From NCBI GenBank assembly GCA_028534125.1, contig CM052817.1, positions 45,882,001-45,946,000 on the forward strand: a stretch of 64,000 nt of DNA. Reading direction: 5' to 3'. Every line of letters begins with the position of its first letter. Positions within the stretch are counted from its first letter, which is position 1. Both the position numbers and the translations under genes were made by a program. This document shows, piece after piece, positions 50,695 through 63,130 of the stretch. The stretch comes from Lama glama (lineage: Eukaryota). The notes under the pieces were generated by a model. The model did no database searches. It saw only the letters and a program-made list of their open reading frames with translations, and had not been told where the DNA came from.

Positions 50695-51866
50695 TTTAGG
50701 GGCATTTGGGTTGCTTCTACCTTTTGGTATTGTGATTAATGCTACTACGAATGTGGGTGCACATATATTTGTTTTAGTTCCTGCTTTCACTCCTTTTGGA
50801 TATTCATCCAGAAGTGGAATTTCTGGATCATAAGGGAATTATATTTTTAAACTTTAGAGGAACTTCCATATTCTTTTGTATAGTGCACCATTTTACACCT
50901 CACCGTGTGCTGACAGCGCACAAGCCTTCCAGCTCCTCCACATAATTGCCAATACTCAAAAAACTTTTAAAATAGCATCCATACTAATGAATGTGAAGTG
51001 GCATCTCATGCAGTTTTCTGTTGTGTTTCCCTAATGATTAGTGATGTTGAACATCTTTCATGTGCTTGTTGGTCGTATGTTTATCTTCTCTTGAGAAATG
51101 TTTATTCACATCCTCTACCCGTTTTTATTTTTTTAAATTTTTATTGACGTGTAGTTGACTTAAAACGTTAATTTCAGGTGTACAGCAAAGTGATTCAGTT
51201 ATACATATATGTACTTTTTTTTTCTTTTCAGAGTCTTTTCCATTATGTTATTACAAGATATTGAATACAGTTCCCTGTGGTATATAGTAGGTCCTTGCTG
51301 TTTATCTATTTTATACATCGTAATGTATGTCTAATTTATCGCTCCTCGCCCTTTCCCCTTTGGTAACCATAGCTTGTTTTCTATGTCTGTGAGTCTGTTT
51401 TTGGTTTGTAAATAGAATTCGTATCTTTTTTTTTCAGATTCCACATATAAGTGATATCATATGATATTTCTCTGTCTGACTTACTTCGCTGAAAATGATA
51501 ATCTCTAGGTCCACCCATGTTGCTATAAACGGCATTATTTTATTCTTTTTATGGTTGAGTAGTATTTCATTGTATAAATATACCACAACTTCCTTATCCA
51601 GTCATTTGTTGATGGACATTTAGGTTGCTTCCATGTCTTGGCTATTGTAAATAGTGCTGCTATGAACATTGAGGTGCACGTATCTTTTCAAAGTATAGTC
51701 TTCTCCAGATATATCTTTGCCCATTTTTAAATCAGATTCTTGTTTTTCTGTTACTGAGTTATAGGAGTTCTTTACATATTCTTGATATTAACCTCTTATC
51801 AGATATGATTTTCAAGTATTTTCTTCCATTCCCTGTGTTGCCTTTCCACTCTCTTGATTGTGTCCT
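50695..51866 (-). mobile_element. Old L1 (L1MB-like) ORF2 3' fragment split by a younger L1
   Basis: ccagaagtggaatttctggatcata, tttccctaatgattagtgatgttgaacatc; resumes at 51713 with tttgcccatttttaaatcag. Confidence 0.85.
51127..51712 (-). mobile_element. Younger L1 3' end nested in the L1MB-like fragment
   Basis: T-tail; decayed TSD atcctctacccgttttt (51110-51126) and atctttgcccattttt (51713-51728) followed by aa. Confidence 0.9.
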
Positions 51867-53223
51867 GCCCAGCTGATTTTTGACAAAGAGACAAAAATCG
51901 ATGGAGGAAGGAAAGCATTTTCAACAGGAGATGCTGGAGTAATTCAACATTCAGAGGCAAAAAAAATGAACCTCAACTTAAGTTTCAAATCTTATACAAA
52001 AATTAAGGATCACAGGCTTACATGTGCAACATAAAACTATAAAACTTTTAGGAAAAACCAGGAGGAATTCTTGGGGATCTAGGGAGAAAAATTCTTAGAC
52101 TTGACACCAAAAGTATGGTCCAGCAGAGGCAAAATCGAAAAATTTGACTTCATCAAAATTTAAAACATTTTCTCAGTAAAGACTCCATTAAAAACTTAAA
52201 GACAAGCTATAGACTTAGAGAAACTACTTGCAAACAACATGTCTGACAAAGGGCCAGCATCTAGCATATATAAACAACTCTCAAAACTCAATAGTTAAAA
52301 ACAAACAAACCAACCAATCAGGAAATAGGCCAAAGACATGAAGAGACAATTTTGAAGGGGATAATGGTAAATTATCACATGGGAAGATGCTCAGCACCTA
52401 CAGCCATCAGTTAACTGCAAATTTAAACCACAATGTGATGTAAGTATCCATCTATCAAAATGGCTAACATGAAGAACAGTGACAGTGCTGGCGAGGATGC
52501 ATAGACACTGGATGGCTCAGACACTGCTTTTGGGAGTACAAGGTAGTATGGCTACCTCGGAAAACAGTTTAGTAGTTTCTTAAAAAGCTAAGCAAGTACC
52601 TACCCAGCAATTGCACTCCTGGGCATTCATCCCAGAGAAATAAAAATTTATGTTCACATAAAAACCTACACATGGATGTTTATAGCAGCTTTATTCTCAA
52701 TAACCCCAAACTGGAAAAACCAGGTGTCCTTCACTGGGTGAATGGATAAAGTGTGGTGCAGTCATACTGTGGGCTACTACTCAGCAAGGAACAGGAACAA
52801 ACTGGTACACACAACAATCTGGCTGATTCTCCAGATCATTATGCTGAGTGAAAAAAGCCCAGTCCAAAAGGCTACATACTATATGACTCCATTTACAGAA
52901 TCACATTCTTGAAATGAAATGACAAAATTATAGGCATGTAGAAAAGATTAGTGGCTTCCAGACAGTGAGTGAGGGCAGAAGGGCAAAGGGTGTGGCCAAA
53001 AAAGGGCAAAATGAGAGGTCCTTATGGTGATGAGAATTTTCTGTGTATCTCAATGTCTCCATCTACAGTAATCTCAGTAATCTGGTTGCTGCATTATCCT
53101 ATAGTTTTGTAAGATGTTACCACTGGCAGAAACTCAATGAAGGGTACACAGAATCTCTGTATTATTTCTTACAACTTCATGTTAATTTATAATTATCTCA
53201 AAATTAAAAGTTCAATTAAAAAA
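51867..53223 (+). mobile_element. Old L1 (L1MC1/2-like) ORF2 end plus 3' UTR
   Basis: cagctgatttttgacaaag...cccagcaattgcactcctgggcatt...gaagggtacacagaatctctgtattatttcttacaact...aattaaaaaa. Confidence 0.88.
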
Positions 53224-54149
53224 GGTAAATCAGGGAGTGAAAATGGAGATGGCTTACTTCTACCGTCTCAGGTGCCCGTAACAAGAGAGAAACTGTACAT
53301 GTGTCTAACAGCTTTGCACTGAGATGGGATCTTAACATTAATTTCAAACAAAATGTTTCACATGGTAAAAATTACTTGAAGTATAAAGATTTAAAAGTCA
53401 TTGGAAACACTCATATCACTCGAGTTAGACTCACCATGGAGAAGGTAGACCCAAACATCTTCTAGGGAGTAAAATACGGAAAAGACATGGTCCAAAGTGG
53501 GACTGCCGTCTCCTACTCTGCAGGACTTGGGCTTCACCAGGAGAGGGCGAAATTACTCAAGCTATTACATGGGCAAAAGGGAACAGCTACAGAGAAGACC
53601 TTGAAACACAAAAAGAGAGATAAATGGAAATGGTACTGTTTTATAAACCACCTTTATAATCGAATGCTTATGCTGGGGGATGTATTTGTGGTTAATTTTT
53701 TTAACTACTGTAAATCAGTTGATGAAAATTGGTAATTAGTGGGCAAAACAGAGAAAGGGAAGCGGGTCATCAAAGGCACACAGGAGAAGATAGCTCTGAC
53801 TGGGAGGCAGACTCAGAGCATCAGACAGAAGCTCTCTGCCTTACTTCCTGTGGAGATGTTCCTCCTACAGCCGCTCTCACACGCACACAGACTTGAACGC
53901 ATCGGTACAACTAAATACCGGATACTCAGCTGGGGCGTGAGGCTAACTTCCCATGCTTTATATGCATATTTACAAGGAAAATGATCTCCAAGAGAAGCTG
54001 CCCAACACCTTTGCCATTTCAGTTAAATGGGTTATGAAAAGGGGTCACAGGTGAGGGGGATGTTGTTGAGGGATTGTGGCTATAAGATTGGTAAAGGCAA
54101 CTCTTTCCGAAATGTATAGCCCTGCTAGCGGTGAGTCGTCATCCTCTTT

Positions 54150-54790
54150 CTCTTTAGTAGCAGGATAATGGGGCTTCTATCATCCAAACCCTAGTCTAGA
54201 AATGGATTTCAGGGGGCCAGTCAGAGAACTAGGAGATAGGTTCACAGAGGACAGGCGCCAGCTCATGCCTGGAAAGATGAAAAGGACTCTGGACAGAGCT
54301 TGAGTCCTTCCCACCAGGAAATCCAAAGGGAGAAAGAGGTGGGCTCCTGGTTGCCCAAGGAGGAAGGAGGTTCAAGAGACCAGCCTCCTAGGGAAGCATT
54401 TGCCTTGGTCCAGGGAAGTGCTGGAGGGTTTTGAAGATTGCCCCCTGAGCTAGACAGTCTCCCGCTGCCTAGAGTCCGAAGTCTCTCAGCCAAGTGGGAG
54501 CCTCTCCATCTTCTTCAATCTCCCCTCCCTCCCCTGCTTGGTCCAGTGAAAGAATAGCCAGAATCAGGTTTGAGCTGGGGAATGGGAGGACATTTAAACT
54601 AAGTTCAGAATGTTCACTCTTGCATGGATTTTGGTCATTTTAAGTTCCAAATGCAGACTATTTTCTGAGTAAAATTGATCTGAAATCTTATCTAAATGTA
54701 ACTAGAAAAGTCATGGATTCACTCAATTCTTCATTCAGGGCCAGAGGAAGGTGACTCCCAAAAATAAAGTTTAAGGGACAGTAGGGGGCT
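54150..54790 (+). mobile_element. Possible ancient Gypsy-like LTR (MamGypLTR/LTR85-like)
   Basis: agaaaagtcatgg...cattcagggccagaggaagg...aataaagtttaagggacagt weakly resembles recalled consensus. Confidence 0.35.
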
Positions 54791-55039
54791 GTACTGTGTT
54801 CTGTACTGTGTACATTTACGTAATCTGAGGCTTAAACTGATTCATAAATGTTGATTTGATTCTTGCCTTTGAATGCATCTTGTTTCCCTGGCTGTTTGAG
54901 AGGATACTTCTGGAAAGCCGGCGTCTTTCCTTCTGAGCACTCGGCATTGGGTCAATAACACAGAGTAAAATTTTAAAAACATCCACAAAACTGAATCACT
55001 CTCAGCAACAACAGATATGAAAGGTAAAATGATCTATTG

Positions 55040-55950
55040 ATTAAATGTCCACAAAACACCTCAACCTATGTGTCCCAGACGGCATTCCTGATTTGCTTCC
55101 ATGACAGCCAAACCGCTTGCTCCCTGCCCCATCTTCTTCGTCTCAGCAAATAGCACTATCATTGATTAGGTTTGTCTGGATAAACATTTAGAAGTCCTTC
55201 TTGATCCCCCCTTGTCATACATCTTCCAGCTGACTAATCTAAGATCTGTCTTCAAAATGCATCCACATCTGGCCGCTCTCCAGCCTGTTCTGCTCTGCCT
55301 CGACCCGTCTCCCAGTCTCTCCCATGGACTCTTGCCATAGCCTCCTAGACAATCTCTGTGCTTCTGCTCTTGCCCCCTTACAGTCAATTCCTCCAGCAGC
55401 TAGGCTGATCTCAAAGCAGAAACCAGACTGCATTAATTCTCAGCCCCAAGCCTGTAATATCAATGTCACGTCTAAATCTTTGCTGTGCTCTCCAAGACTT
55501 CCCATGATCTGACTGCTGCCAGAATCACTTAGCATCCTGTTTTGCTTCTGTCTTTCACGACTCTCTTGCAATCACACCAAGATCATTCACATCTCAGGGT
55601 CTTTATTTTTGCTTTTCCTTTATATCTTTGCATGGTGGGCTTCTTAAATCATTCAAAACATACTTCAATTTTATGTTCAAATGTCATCTCCTCAGAGAAG
55701 TTTTGATTACCAGCTCATCTAAAAAAATGCAGTCTCCCCAGTCACTAGCTGTCCTTTAATATTGCTTTATTTTTCACCCTAACAGTTATTATCTGACATT
55801 TTGTTATTTGTGTTGGTATATTGTCTGTCTACCCCATGAGAACAGAGACCATGATTGTTTTATTCCTTGAGCACCTGGAACAATCCTGGTGCTTAACATT
55901 CAACCAGTATTTTAAAGACTATTTATTAATTAGTTAATTAACCAGTTGAT
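55040..55950 (+). mobile_element. L2 LINE 3' portion (about 900 bp)
   Basis: gaagtccttcttgatccccc...tcttcaaaatgcatccacatctggcc...caaatgtcatctcctcagagaag...catgagaacagagacc. Confidence 0.8.
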
Positions 55951-55959
55951 TTTTTAAGG

Positions 55960-56130
55960 AAGTACATATGTAGCATAACAAAAAGCACACCGGATTTGGA
56001 GTTGTGGAGTCCTGATTGAGTTTTTCCACTAATTCGTTGTGTGGGTTTTGACAAATGATTTCAACTTCCTTTCTCTCTATTCACTTAAAAATAACCTTTA
56101 AGGAAACCCAATGCTCTGAAATTCCATGCT
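55960..56130 (+). mobile_element. MIR-like SINE
   Basis: aaaagcacaccggatttggagt...ccactaattcgttgtgtgggttttgacaaatgattt. Confidence 0.5.
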
Positions 56131-56269
56131 GCCTAAAACACAGAGTCATCTCTGGTATAGGTAATACCTCTTTCTGCATTATATCTGCAGACATCATAAA
56201 TTAATGAATTCATGCGATATATCTAGATGGCCTTCAGACTTTACTTCTCTCCCTCCCTCTTTCTCTTTC

Positions 56270-56950
56270 TTATTAAAGTATTGTGGGTCACCTTCCATGT
56301 GCCAAGCACTGTGCCAGGCACTTGTAAGGCAAAGATACAGCAGACATTTTCTCTGCCTGCAAGAAGCTCATAATCTGAAAAAGAAGACTGAAACGGAAAC
56401 AAATTAATTAAAGTATAGTTTGAAAGTGCATAAGCAGAAATTTGTTCATGACAGGAGGATGAGTCACTCTACCTGGGTGCTCAGAGTAGAGCGAGAAGGG
56501 GAGATTATGGGATGTGCCTTTTCTGAGTGCTTCACTGCTGGAGGGAAGGGAGCAGTGGAGGGAGATGTCAAGAAAGATAAACGCTGGTGGATGAGTCCAC
56601 TAGCCTATTGGGTTGGAAGTCCTTGACAATGTTACCGTTGCAGTTTTAGTGGAATGGTGGGTACCAAGCAAGGGTGCTGTGATTTGAAGGGTGACTGGGC
56701 TGAGATGGTGATGGTCATGAGGCTGTGGGAAAGGAGCTTGCAGGGGAAGGAAGTCCAGAGTGCCACTCTGCCAAAGGAGGGAGCTCATCTTCGTTTGGGA
56801 CAAAGGAGAAGAGGGCAAGAGGACTGCAGCACTCAGGGGCATTTGTAGAGCACAGTTGGGAGGTGAGGAAATTCTCAGCAACTTGTGCGTCCTTAGTGAA
56901 GTAAATGTGAAGGTCCTGAGCCGAGCTGAAGGGACAAAGGTTGGGTAGAT
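56270..56950 (-). mobile_element. L2 LINE fragments
   Basis: tgtgccaagcactgtgccaggcact...ctgcctgcaagaagctcataatct; gcagttttagtggaatggtggg. Confidence 0.6.
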
Positions 56951-57354
56951 TTGAGGCCGTGAAGCATCGGAGCACATTCTTGCCATGTAGGGCATAGGTG
57001 AAGCCCGGCGGCTGACTCACGCCTGGCGGATGAGGAGACAGTGCTTCTGTTGACAATGATCCTCTCAACCTAATGGGTCACTTATTTTTGATGATTCCTG
57101 TCTTCATCATGGGCTATTAGGAAGTACTAAATTGCGCTTGGGCCTACTCTTAATTTCCAAGGCTAATGACTGTTAATACTACTTTGCTGGTTTAATCTCT
57201 TATAAGAAAGCACAATAAACAACGATGCTGAGAACAGAAAGCTCAGCACAAAGTGTCCCAGCTGAGAAGCCAGGGATGCACGTTAGTCAGCTGTCAGGCA
57301 GGCAGGTGCGCTGATCTCTATTTTGGAGTTTCATCTTAAAGAAACACATAAGCA

Positions 57355-57490
57355 TTTGTATTCGTTCATTCATTCATTCATTCGTTCATCCATTCAGTAA
57401 ACATTTACCAACTACTCTTCCAGATAACTTGGCAGTCAATGAAAATGCAGCCATAGAAAATCCAGTCCTCATACTTTCATGGGTATTAAC
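57355..57490 (-). mobile_element. L2 3' end with (TTCA)n tail
   Basis: ttcattcattcattc...cagtaaacattta. Confidence 0.55.
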
Positions 57491-58204
57491 CCAAGGATGA
57501 ATCCAATGCATCTACTGAGTTTCTAATATTAAAATTAAATATTACAACTGTTTCTCTACAGCATACTTTTGTTTTATTTTATTTAAGTTTTTGTAGTATC
57601 TTTGGCATGGCTGCTCAATTGCAATCACCAAGACTGTATTTTCTGTTACTAAACTGCATTTAGTGCTTTGAAGTGAAAAGGAACATGAAGGGAAGAGTCT
57701 CTCTTATACCCTTTAATTCCTCACCCACCCTCTGCCCTCAGCCTTCAAGCTTCCATCCTGCGCAGGCACCTGCCTTTTGTCTTAGTCGTTCCCTGGGATC
57801 TCCCTGAGCACTCAGCCAATGGGAAGGAAACCTTGGCTGCTTCCCAAGCTGCTGCTTTTGGCCTGAGGGAGGCACTGTTGCCTTTTCTTACCTATTGGCG
57901 TCCGTAAGTAAATTATTTAGCTGAAATGAAAGAAAATTTATACGCAATTTAAAAAAATCTTGTAAGAAATCCCAACTTTATTACATTCCTAGGGATCTGA
58001 CGTAATGTATTTGCCCGTTGCTTCTTTATTTTTAATTACTAGAATAGTTGTTTTGCACCATACTTCAGGTTGGAGAGAAGTTGTGTTACCAATAATCTCT
58101 GAAGGAAATCTCCAGTTTCCTTTCTTCCCAATTTCTTTTCTTCTTTCCTACCCTCCTACTTCCCTTCTTCCCTTCCTTCTTCCTTCTCTTCTTTCCTTCC
58201 TTCT

Positions 58205-58440
58205 TTTATTTATTCATTCTGCAAATCTTTAGAGATCTCTTATTCTGTGCTAGGCTCTGCATTAGAGTGTGAGACTATAAAGTGGAATAAGAAGCAGCCT
58301 TTGTCCTCAGGGACCTTATACTCTAGACAGAGAGACCTCTAAAATAGCATGGAGGTCAGGTTAGGCTCCTCTGAGTTGATTCATTGAGGTTCAGCAGGAG
58401 CTGGCCATGTGAAGCTGGGTAGAGAGAGGGAAAGATTTTG
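58205..58440 (-). mobile_element. L2 3' fragment
   Basis: ttattcattctgcaaatc...tgtgctaggctctgcattag...tgtcctcagggaccttatactctag. Confidence 0.55.
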
Positions 58441-58474
58441 ACTCCAAACTTAGAGCTTTTAGTTTTGATTCTTG

Positions 58475-59055
58475 TGTTAGCAGCGATTAGGTTCTTGTCT
58501 CATCGCAGAAAGAATTCAGAGATGAGACATGGAAGTTAAGAAACTGAAAAAGGGATAGGCACTCTCGAGGGGAGAGCGGGCAGGCTCAGGTGAGCAGTTG
58601 TGTTGAGTTTCTTTGGCAAGTTGGTTACACAGAGTGTAAAAATGAGTTGGTAGAATATTCATTAGGGAGGGAAGGGTTTGGGGTCATACTTTCTGGTTTT
58701 CATCCCAACTCCACCTTCCCAAGGGGAGGAGGGATTTTCTTCCTTGTGTAGCCTGAATCGGCGTCAGCACATGATGGGTACTTCTAATCTGAAAGTGCAA
58801 CTTTATCGAAATGAGGCCATAATGAGCAGAAGGTTATTACATTTAGACACTGGAGAGTCCTCCTTTTCCCACATTTCTTTGTCAGTCCCCAAGACACTTG
58901 TCATCCCAAAATGTGGTATCTCTTATCAGTCCAAAGTTTTCTGCTTTTCGCTGTCTGCCCAAGGACCCCTGTTGTTTACATGATGTATGGTTTCCTGCCA
59001 TTTGGCCTGCGTCCCCCTTCCTCTGCTCATATCTAGCTCTATGCCTACTCTAACA
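58475..59055 (-). mobile_element. Intact ERV1-class solo LTR (581 bp) with perfect 4-bp TSD
   Basis: Inverted termini tgttag...ctaaca; TSD cttg at 58471-58474 and 59056-59059; ggttcttgtctcatcgcagaaagaattcag resembles a reverse ERV1 U5; strand is inferred. Confidence 0.88.
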
Positions 59056-59649
59056 CTTGGTATAGAGGAAATTAATTAAAGAATTACAATAAATTTAATG
59101 TAGTATCTGCTGAAAGGGACCAAAAAAGAATATATTTCTTCTTTGTATTTCTCTTTAAAATATTGACTTCCTGTCCTATCTATCAATTCACATCTGAGTT
59201 GAGAATTGTTGGAGCACTGTGTACCACATTTACTTATTAGTTAATCTGAGATGAGAAGACGTGAAACTTAATTCTTTCCACCCTGCTGTAGTTCACTGTT
59301 TCTGATAGTGTATGGTCTGCTTGTAAAGGTGAACATAAGCCCTACACAGAAGTATAATCCATAATCCTCCCAACCAATAAATAAGGATATAAATCCTTTC
59401 ATTTCATTTCACTTTTCAATGTGAGTGGAATTTTGTTCTTACCTCTGTGAGGTAATTTCTCAACTCTGCTCACACATGAAATTTTTCAAAGATATCTTAA
59501 AAAGCATAGATGCCCCCACTTTTCCCCAGGAAGTGCTGATTTTGTAAGTCTATGATGGTACCTAAACATTTCTGTGTAAAAATATCCCCTAATAATTTTG
59601 ATCTTGAACTAGTGTTGAGAAGTAAGTCATTGACTACACTCAATTGGTA

Positions 59650-59775
59650 TCTTGTGATAGAAAGTCACATGTTGACTGTGTGACCTTGGCTAAGTTACCA
59701 AGCCTCTCTGATCCTCAGACTTCTCATTTGTGAAGTGGCACCAATAACATCTACTCATAGGATTGTTGGGCTCAA
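59650..59775 (+). mobile_element. MIR SINE core
   Basis: ctgtgtgaccttggctaagttaccaagcctctctgatcctcagacttctcatttgtgaa. Confidence 0.75.
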
Positions 59776-61199
59776 TAGAGGCTGGAACCCTTTCCTATGA
59801 AAAACATAGAGGATTCCTTATACACCAGACTTGGAATAAAAGCGGAATCTTAGTAACCATCTTTTCTTAACTGAGCTAGTGAGACAAACAAAAACACCAG
59901 TAGCTTTTCATGTTTCTCAGCTCCTCCTGAGAATAAGTGACATGAAAGTGAGGGGGTGGAGGGTTAGAAGGGACTCTGACACTCAGTACTACATTGGTGG
60001 TCCATCCATTTTTTTGAAATAAGATTTGTTGAACATCTGTTTTATGCAAGTCATATTTATCTTTTTCTCTTAAACATCCGCCAATCTCTATCCCTATTAT
60101 GCTGTCATATGTCTGTCTCTCGTTGGCTCTCACTGCTCTAACAGACACCTAACTGATCATCCTGGCTTCAGTGTCATTCACTTCCCATACATACAGTCAC
60201 ACTACTTCCCTGCTGAAACCCCCCTCCTGCTGGATCGTACCCAAGCACCCTAGCAAGGAAACCAAAGCCCTTGAGAGCTGCCTGCTTCTTCTTTTTTATC
60301 TTGTACCATCTCCCTGTTGAGCAAGAAGCATAATAAAGCATTAATGATTCTGAACAAAACCTCCTGTCTTGGCACGTTTTATACAGGACATTCTCTCAGC
60401 CTGGAGAACATGTTTTCCTTTTCTGCCGAATGAAAGACATTTTAAACCTGTATTTACTGAGTGTTTGCTTTCTGTGGGCCACCTTGAAGACATTTACTTT
60501 GTTTCTCAGATTCCTCCTTATGTTACATACTGTTACTTTTATTTCAGCATAAAGGGGTCTGAGGTCCAGGGAGTTTAAAGTTTTATGGGAATATTGTCCC
60601 CCATCCTCCTGGACCCTTGTGTCCACTCTTTTATAACTGCCTTTTTGGTATGGAAAGGGAAGGAAGGAAGGAAGGGAGAGAGGAAGGGAATTTTTTTTAA
60701 AGTAGATTGAATGTGCTATGCAAGCAGGAACCTGGACTTCCTCGTTTCTGAATTCGCCTTAGGTGGGCAGCGCTGGGCTTGCAGCAGTTACAATCTATAA
60801 GTCAAATGAGTAAACGGGTGACTTTGTTTCTAATGCTATGCTTTTTGAAAATGAATAACATCCATTCCTTCACATCAAGGGCTGGGATCCACATCCAAGT
60901 AATTTCAAATTCATTTCAACCACCCTCTCTGACAACTGTAAAAAAGGAGTGTATTGAATTTTCATGTAGTCTATACCACTGTTCTAGTTTGTTGTTCAGT
61001 GTACCCCCACCCAGTGTCACCCTACCATCTACCTCCATCATCTATCTCCCGACTTCTGCCCCATGTCCTCAATGAGGACAGACTAAGTATGACACAAACA
61101 GACAAAACAAGGCAAAACAAAACCAAAAGCAACTTGGGTGAAAAATCCCTTAGCAGAACCTCATTTCCAACAAGTTAAGTATTTTTGCTTTTATAAAAG

Positions 61200-61900
61200 G
61201 CACTGCCACATACAGAAAACACACCCTGTTCCCAAAGCCTGTGCTGATTAAATGTGGCCTTGCACTACGTGTTAATTATGTTTCTTTCCAAACAAACCTG
61301 GGGACCTCTGCTTCTTTGAAGATGGCTTTGTGTTTAGACGTCCATGGAAATGCTACACAATATTGAACCATATATCATTGTTCATAAAAGTCCGTGATTT
61401 ACTAAACAAACATTCCTTGCTTAATAAAACAAGGGAAGTGTTTCAACAAAAAGGGCGCAGCTGTATCAGCAAGGCTTGCTATTCGCACATCTCAGTTTTG
61501 TAGCGATAAAGCCGTCATTAAAACCTGCAAGCTCTTTAAAATTACAACTGCCAGGCCAGATGAGTTTTATCTGAAGAGAGATTAAATGTGAGGGTATTCA
61601 CCTCACGTTCCAGGACAATCTCTGGAAACACAGCTATAAAAATAAGAGGGAGAGAGGTCAGAGTCAAGGGGGCATGCTTTTGAGGCGGGCAGCTCTTGAA
61701 TCCTGCCCAGGACATCCTGGGGTGAGGGTAAAATGCCTTCGGGAAAAAGAGTGAAAGACCTCTAATGTCAAAGAGGTGTCACATTAAAAGCAGTGATTTT
61801 ATTTCATTAAAGCAAGAAGTCATATACAATTTCAAAGTTGACTTCCTGTTGGTTAGCACTTCTCACCAATGAGGCGTTGTCTAATCTCTCAAGAACTACT
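61200..61900. promoter_or_regulatory. Candidate enhancer-like non-repeat element
   Basis: No recognisable repeat; dense homeobox, forkhead, TEAD, E-box and ETS-like motifs; function not shown. Confidence 0.35.
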
Positions 61901-62634
61901 TTCTAATCAAGAATGGTAACAGAAAAGTAGAAATTAGAACCTGATTTTTAAGAGGAAAAATGATACTTGCAGCTACCTAAGTATCTCAAAAGTTACTGGG
62001 TTCAGGAAGGAAAACTAGCTGCTCTGTACTCACTTTTATGTCACGTGTTTTTTTTCCTATTCAAACTATACTTTCTGAAATAGGAAGAAATATACTTAGT
62101 GTATAAAGAGTTCCTGGAGATCAAAGGAAAAACCTTAAGTTTTCTTAGTTTTGCTAAGAACTAGATGGATACATGCTAAAAAAAACAATACCCAAAAAAA
62201 GAATGTTTCAAAAACAATGAGCTGAGTACAGTTTAGCAGGGCAGTGAGCTACAGTTGGCAAAGATTATAAAAACGGACATCACTCAGGGTGGGTGACGGT
62301 ACAGCAGGATGGGAGGTCTCATGTGGAAGTGGAGTGAGAGGGTAAGGCAGAAGGAGCCTTTCCATTCAACGAAGCTTTGGCAGTTCTGACACCAAATTTT
62401 TATGATGTCATATCCTTGGAAACAGTCATTCCATTTCTGAGACTCTATTTTCAGGGAATGATTAAAAAAATAAACCAAGAAGATCCAAGAATAGAGGGAT
62501 CATCGAGAAAATATGATGTAGTGTTAAAATGACATTTACAAAAAGATTTGTTTGTTATGGGCAATATTAATATAACTCTATCTACTGCATGCTATCAACT
62601 CAGTGAGAGGTCTTCCTCCTCCTCCTACTAATTT

Positions 62635-62836
62635 TACTAATAAAGCCAAACTGTGTCTACCGTTTGCTGTGTGCCAGGAACTCTTCCAAGCCCTTTACAT
62701 GTATAAATTTGTTTAATTCTTACAACAACCTGTAAGGTAAATTTTACCATCCCCACTTTACAGATGAGGAAACAGAGGCACACAGATTTGGAATAACCTG
62801 TCTCGAGCCACACAGCTAGAAAATGGCAGAGCCAGG
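62635..62836 (-). mobile_element. MIR SINE
   Basis: ccccactttacagatgaggaaacagaggcaca...cacacagctagaaaatggcagagccagg. Confidence 0.85.
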
Positions 62837-62926
62837 TTTTTTGTTTGTTTGTTTGTTTTTTTTAAGATTTATTGAGGTATAATTCACATATCATAAATTT
62901 CACTCTTTTAAAGTGCATAATTCACA
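62837..62926 (-). mobile_element. Old L1 extreme 3' end
   Basis: (gttt)n tail then tttattgaggtataattcacatatcataaatttcactcttttaaagtg. Confidence 0.75.
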
Positions 62927-63029
62927 GGGTGAAGTTGAAATAGACACTGGTCACAGGCAGTGCCTCTGAAGTAGGAGAGATTAGAAGGCAACATTTTCTG
63001 AATCTGAGTAATTTTCTTGCACACAGTGC

Positions 63030-63130
63030 ATGAAAGCGAGGAGCTTTTCTTTTATCCCCATGGTATCGCAGGACTTAGCAGGGCAACTGGGCCCTAGTGG
63101 ACGTATCTTCTGTGTGAATGAATGAATGAG
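63030..63130 (+). mobile_element. L2 3' end
   Basis: ggtatcgcaggacttagcagggcaactgggccctagtgg...tgaatgaatgaatga. Confidence 0.55.

Noticed and set aside
50695..53223. Divergent L1 pieces meeting at 51866/51867 as one twin-primed insertion
   Set aside because: The two arms cover overlapping ORF2 coordinates and look like different old subfamilies, so they are better explained as separate insertions
59436..59510. Minus-strand candidate exon ending AG|GTAAGA
   Set aside because: Stop codons in all three frames and no partner exons
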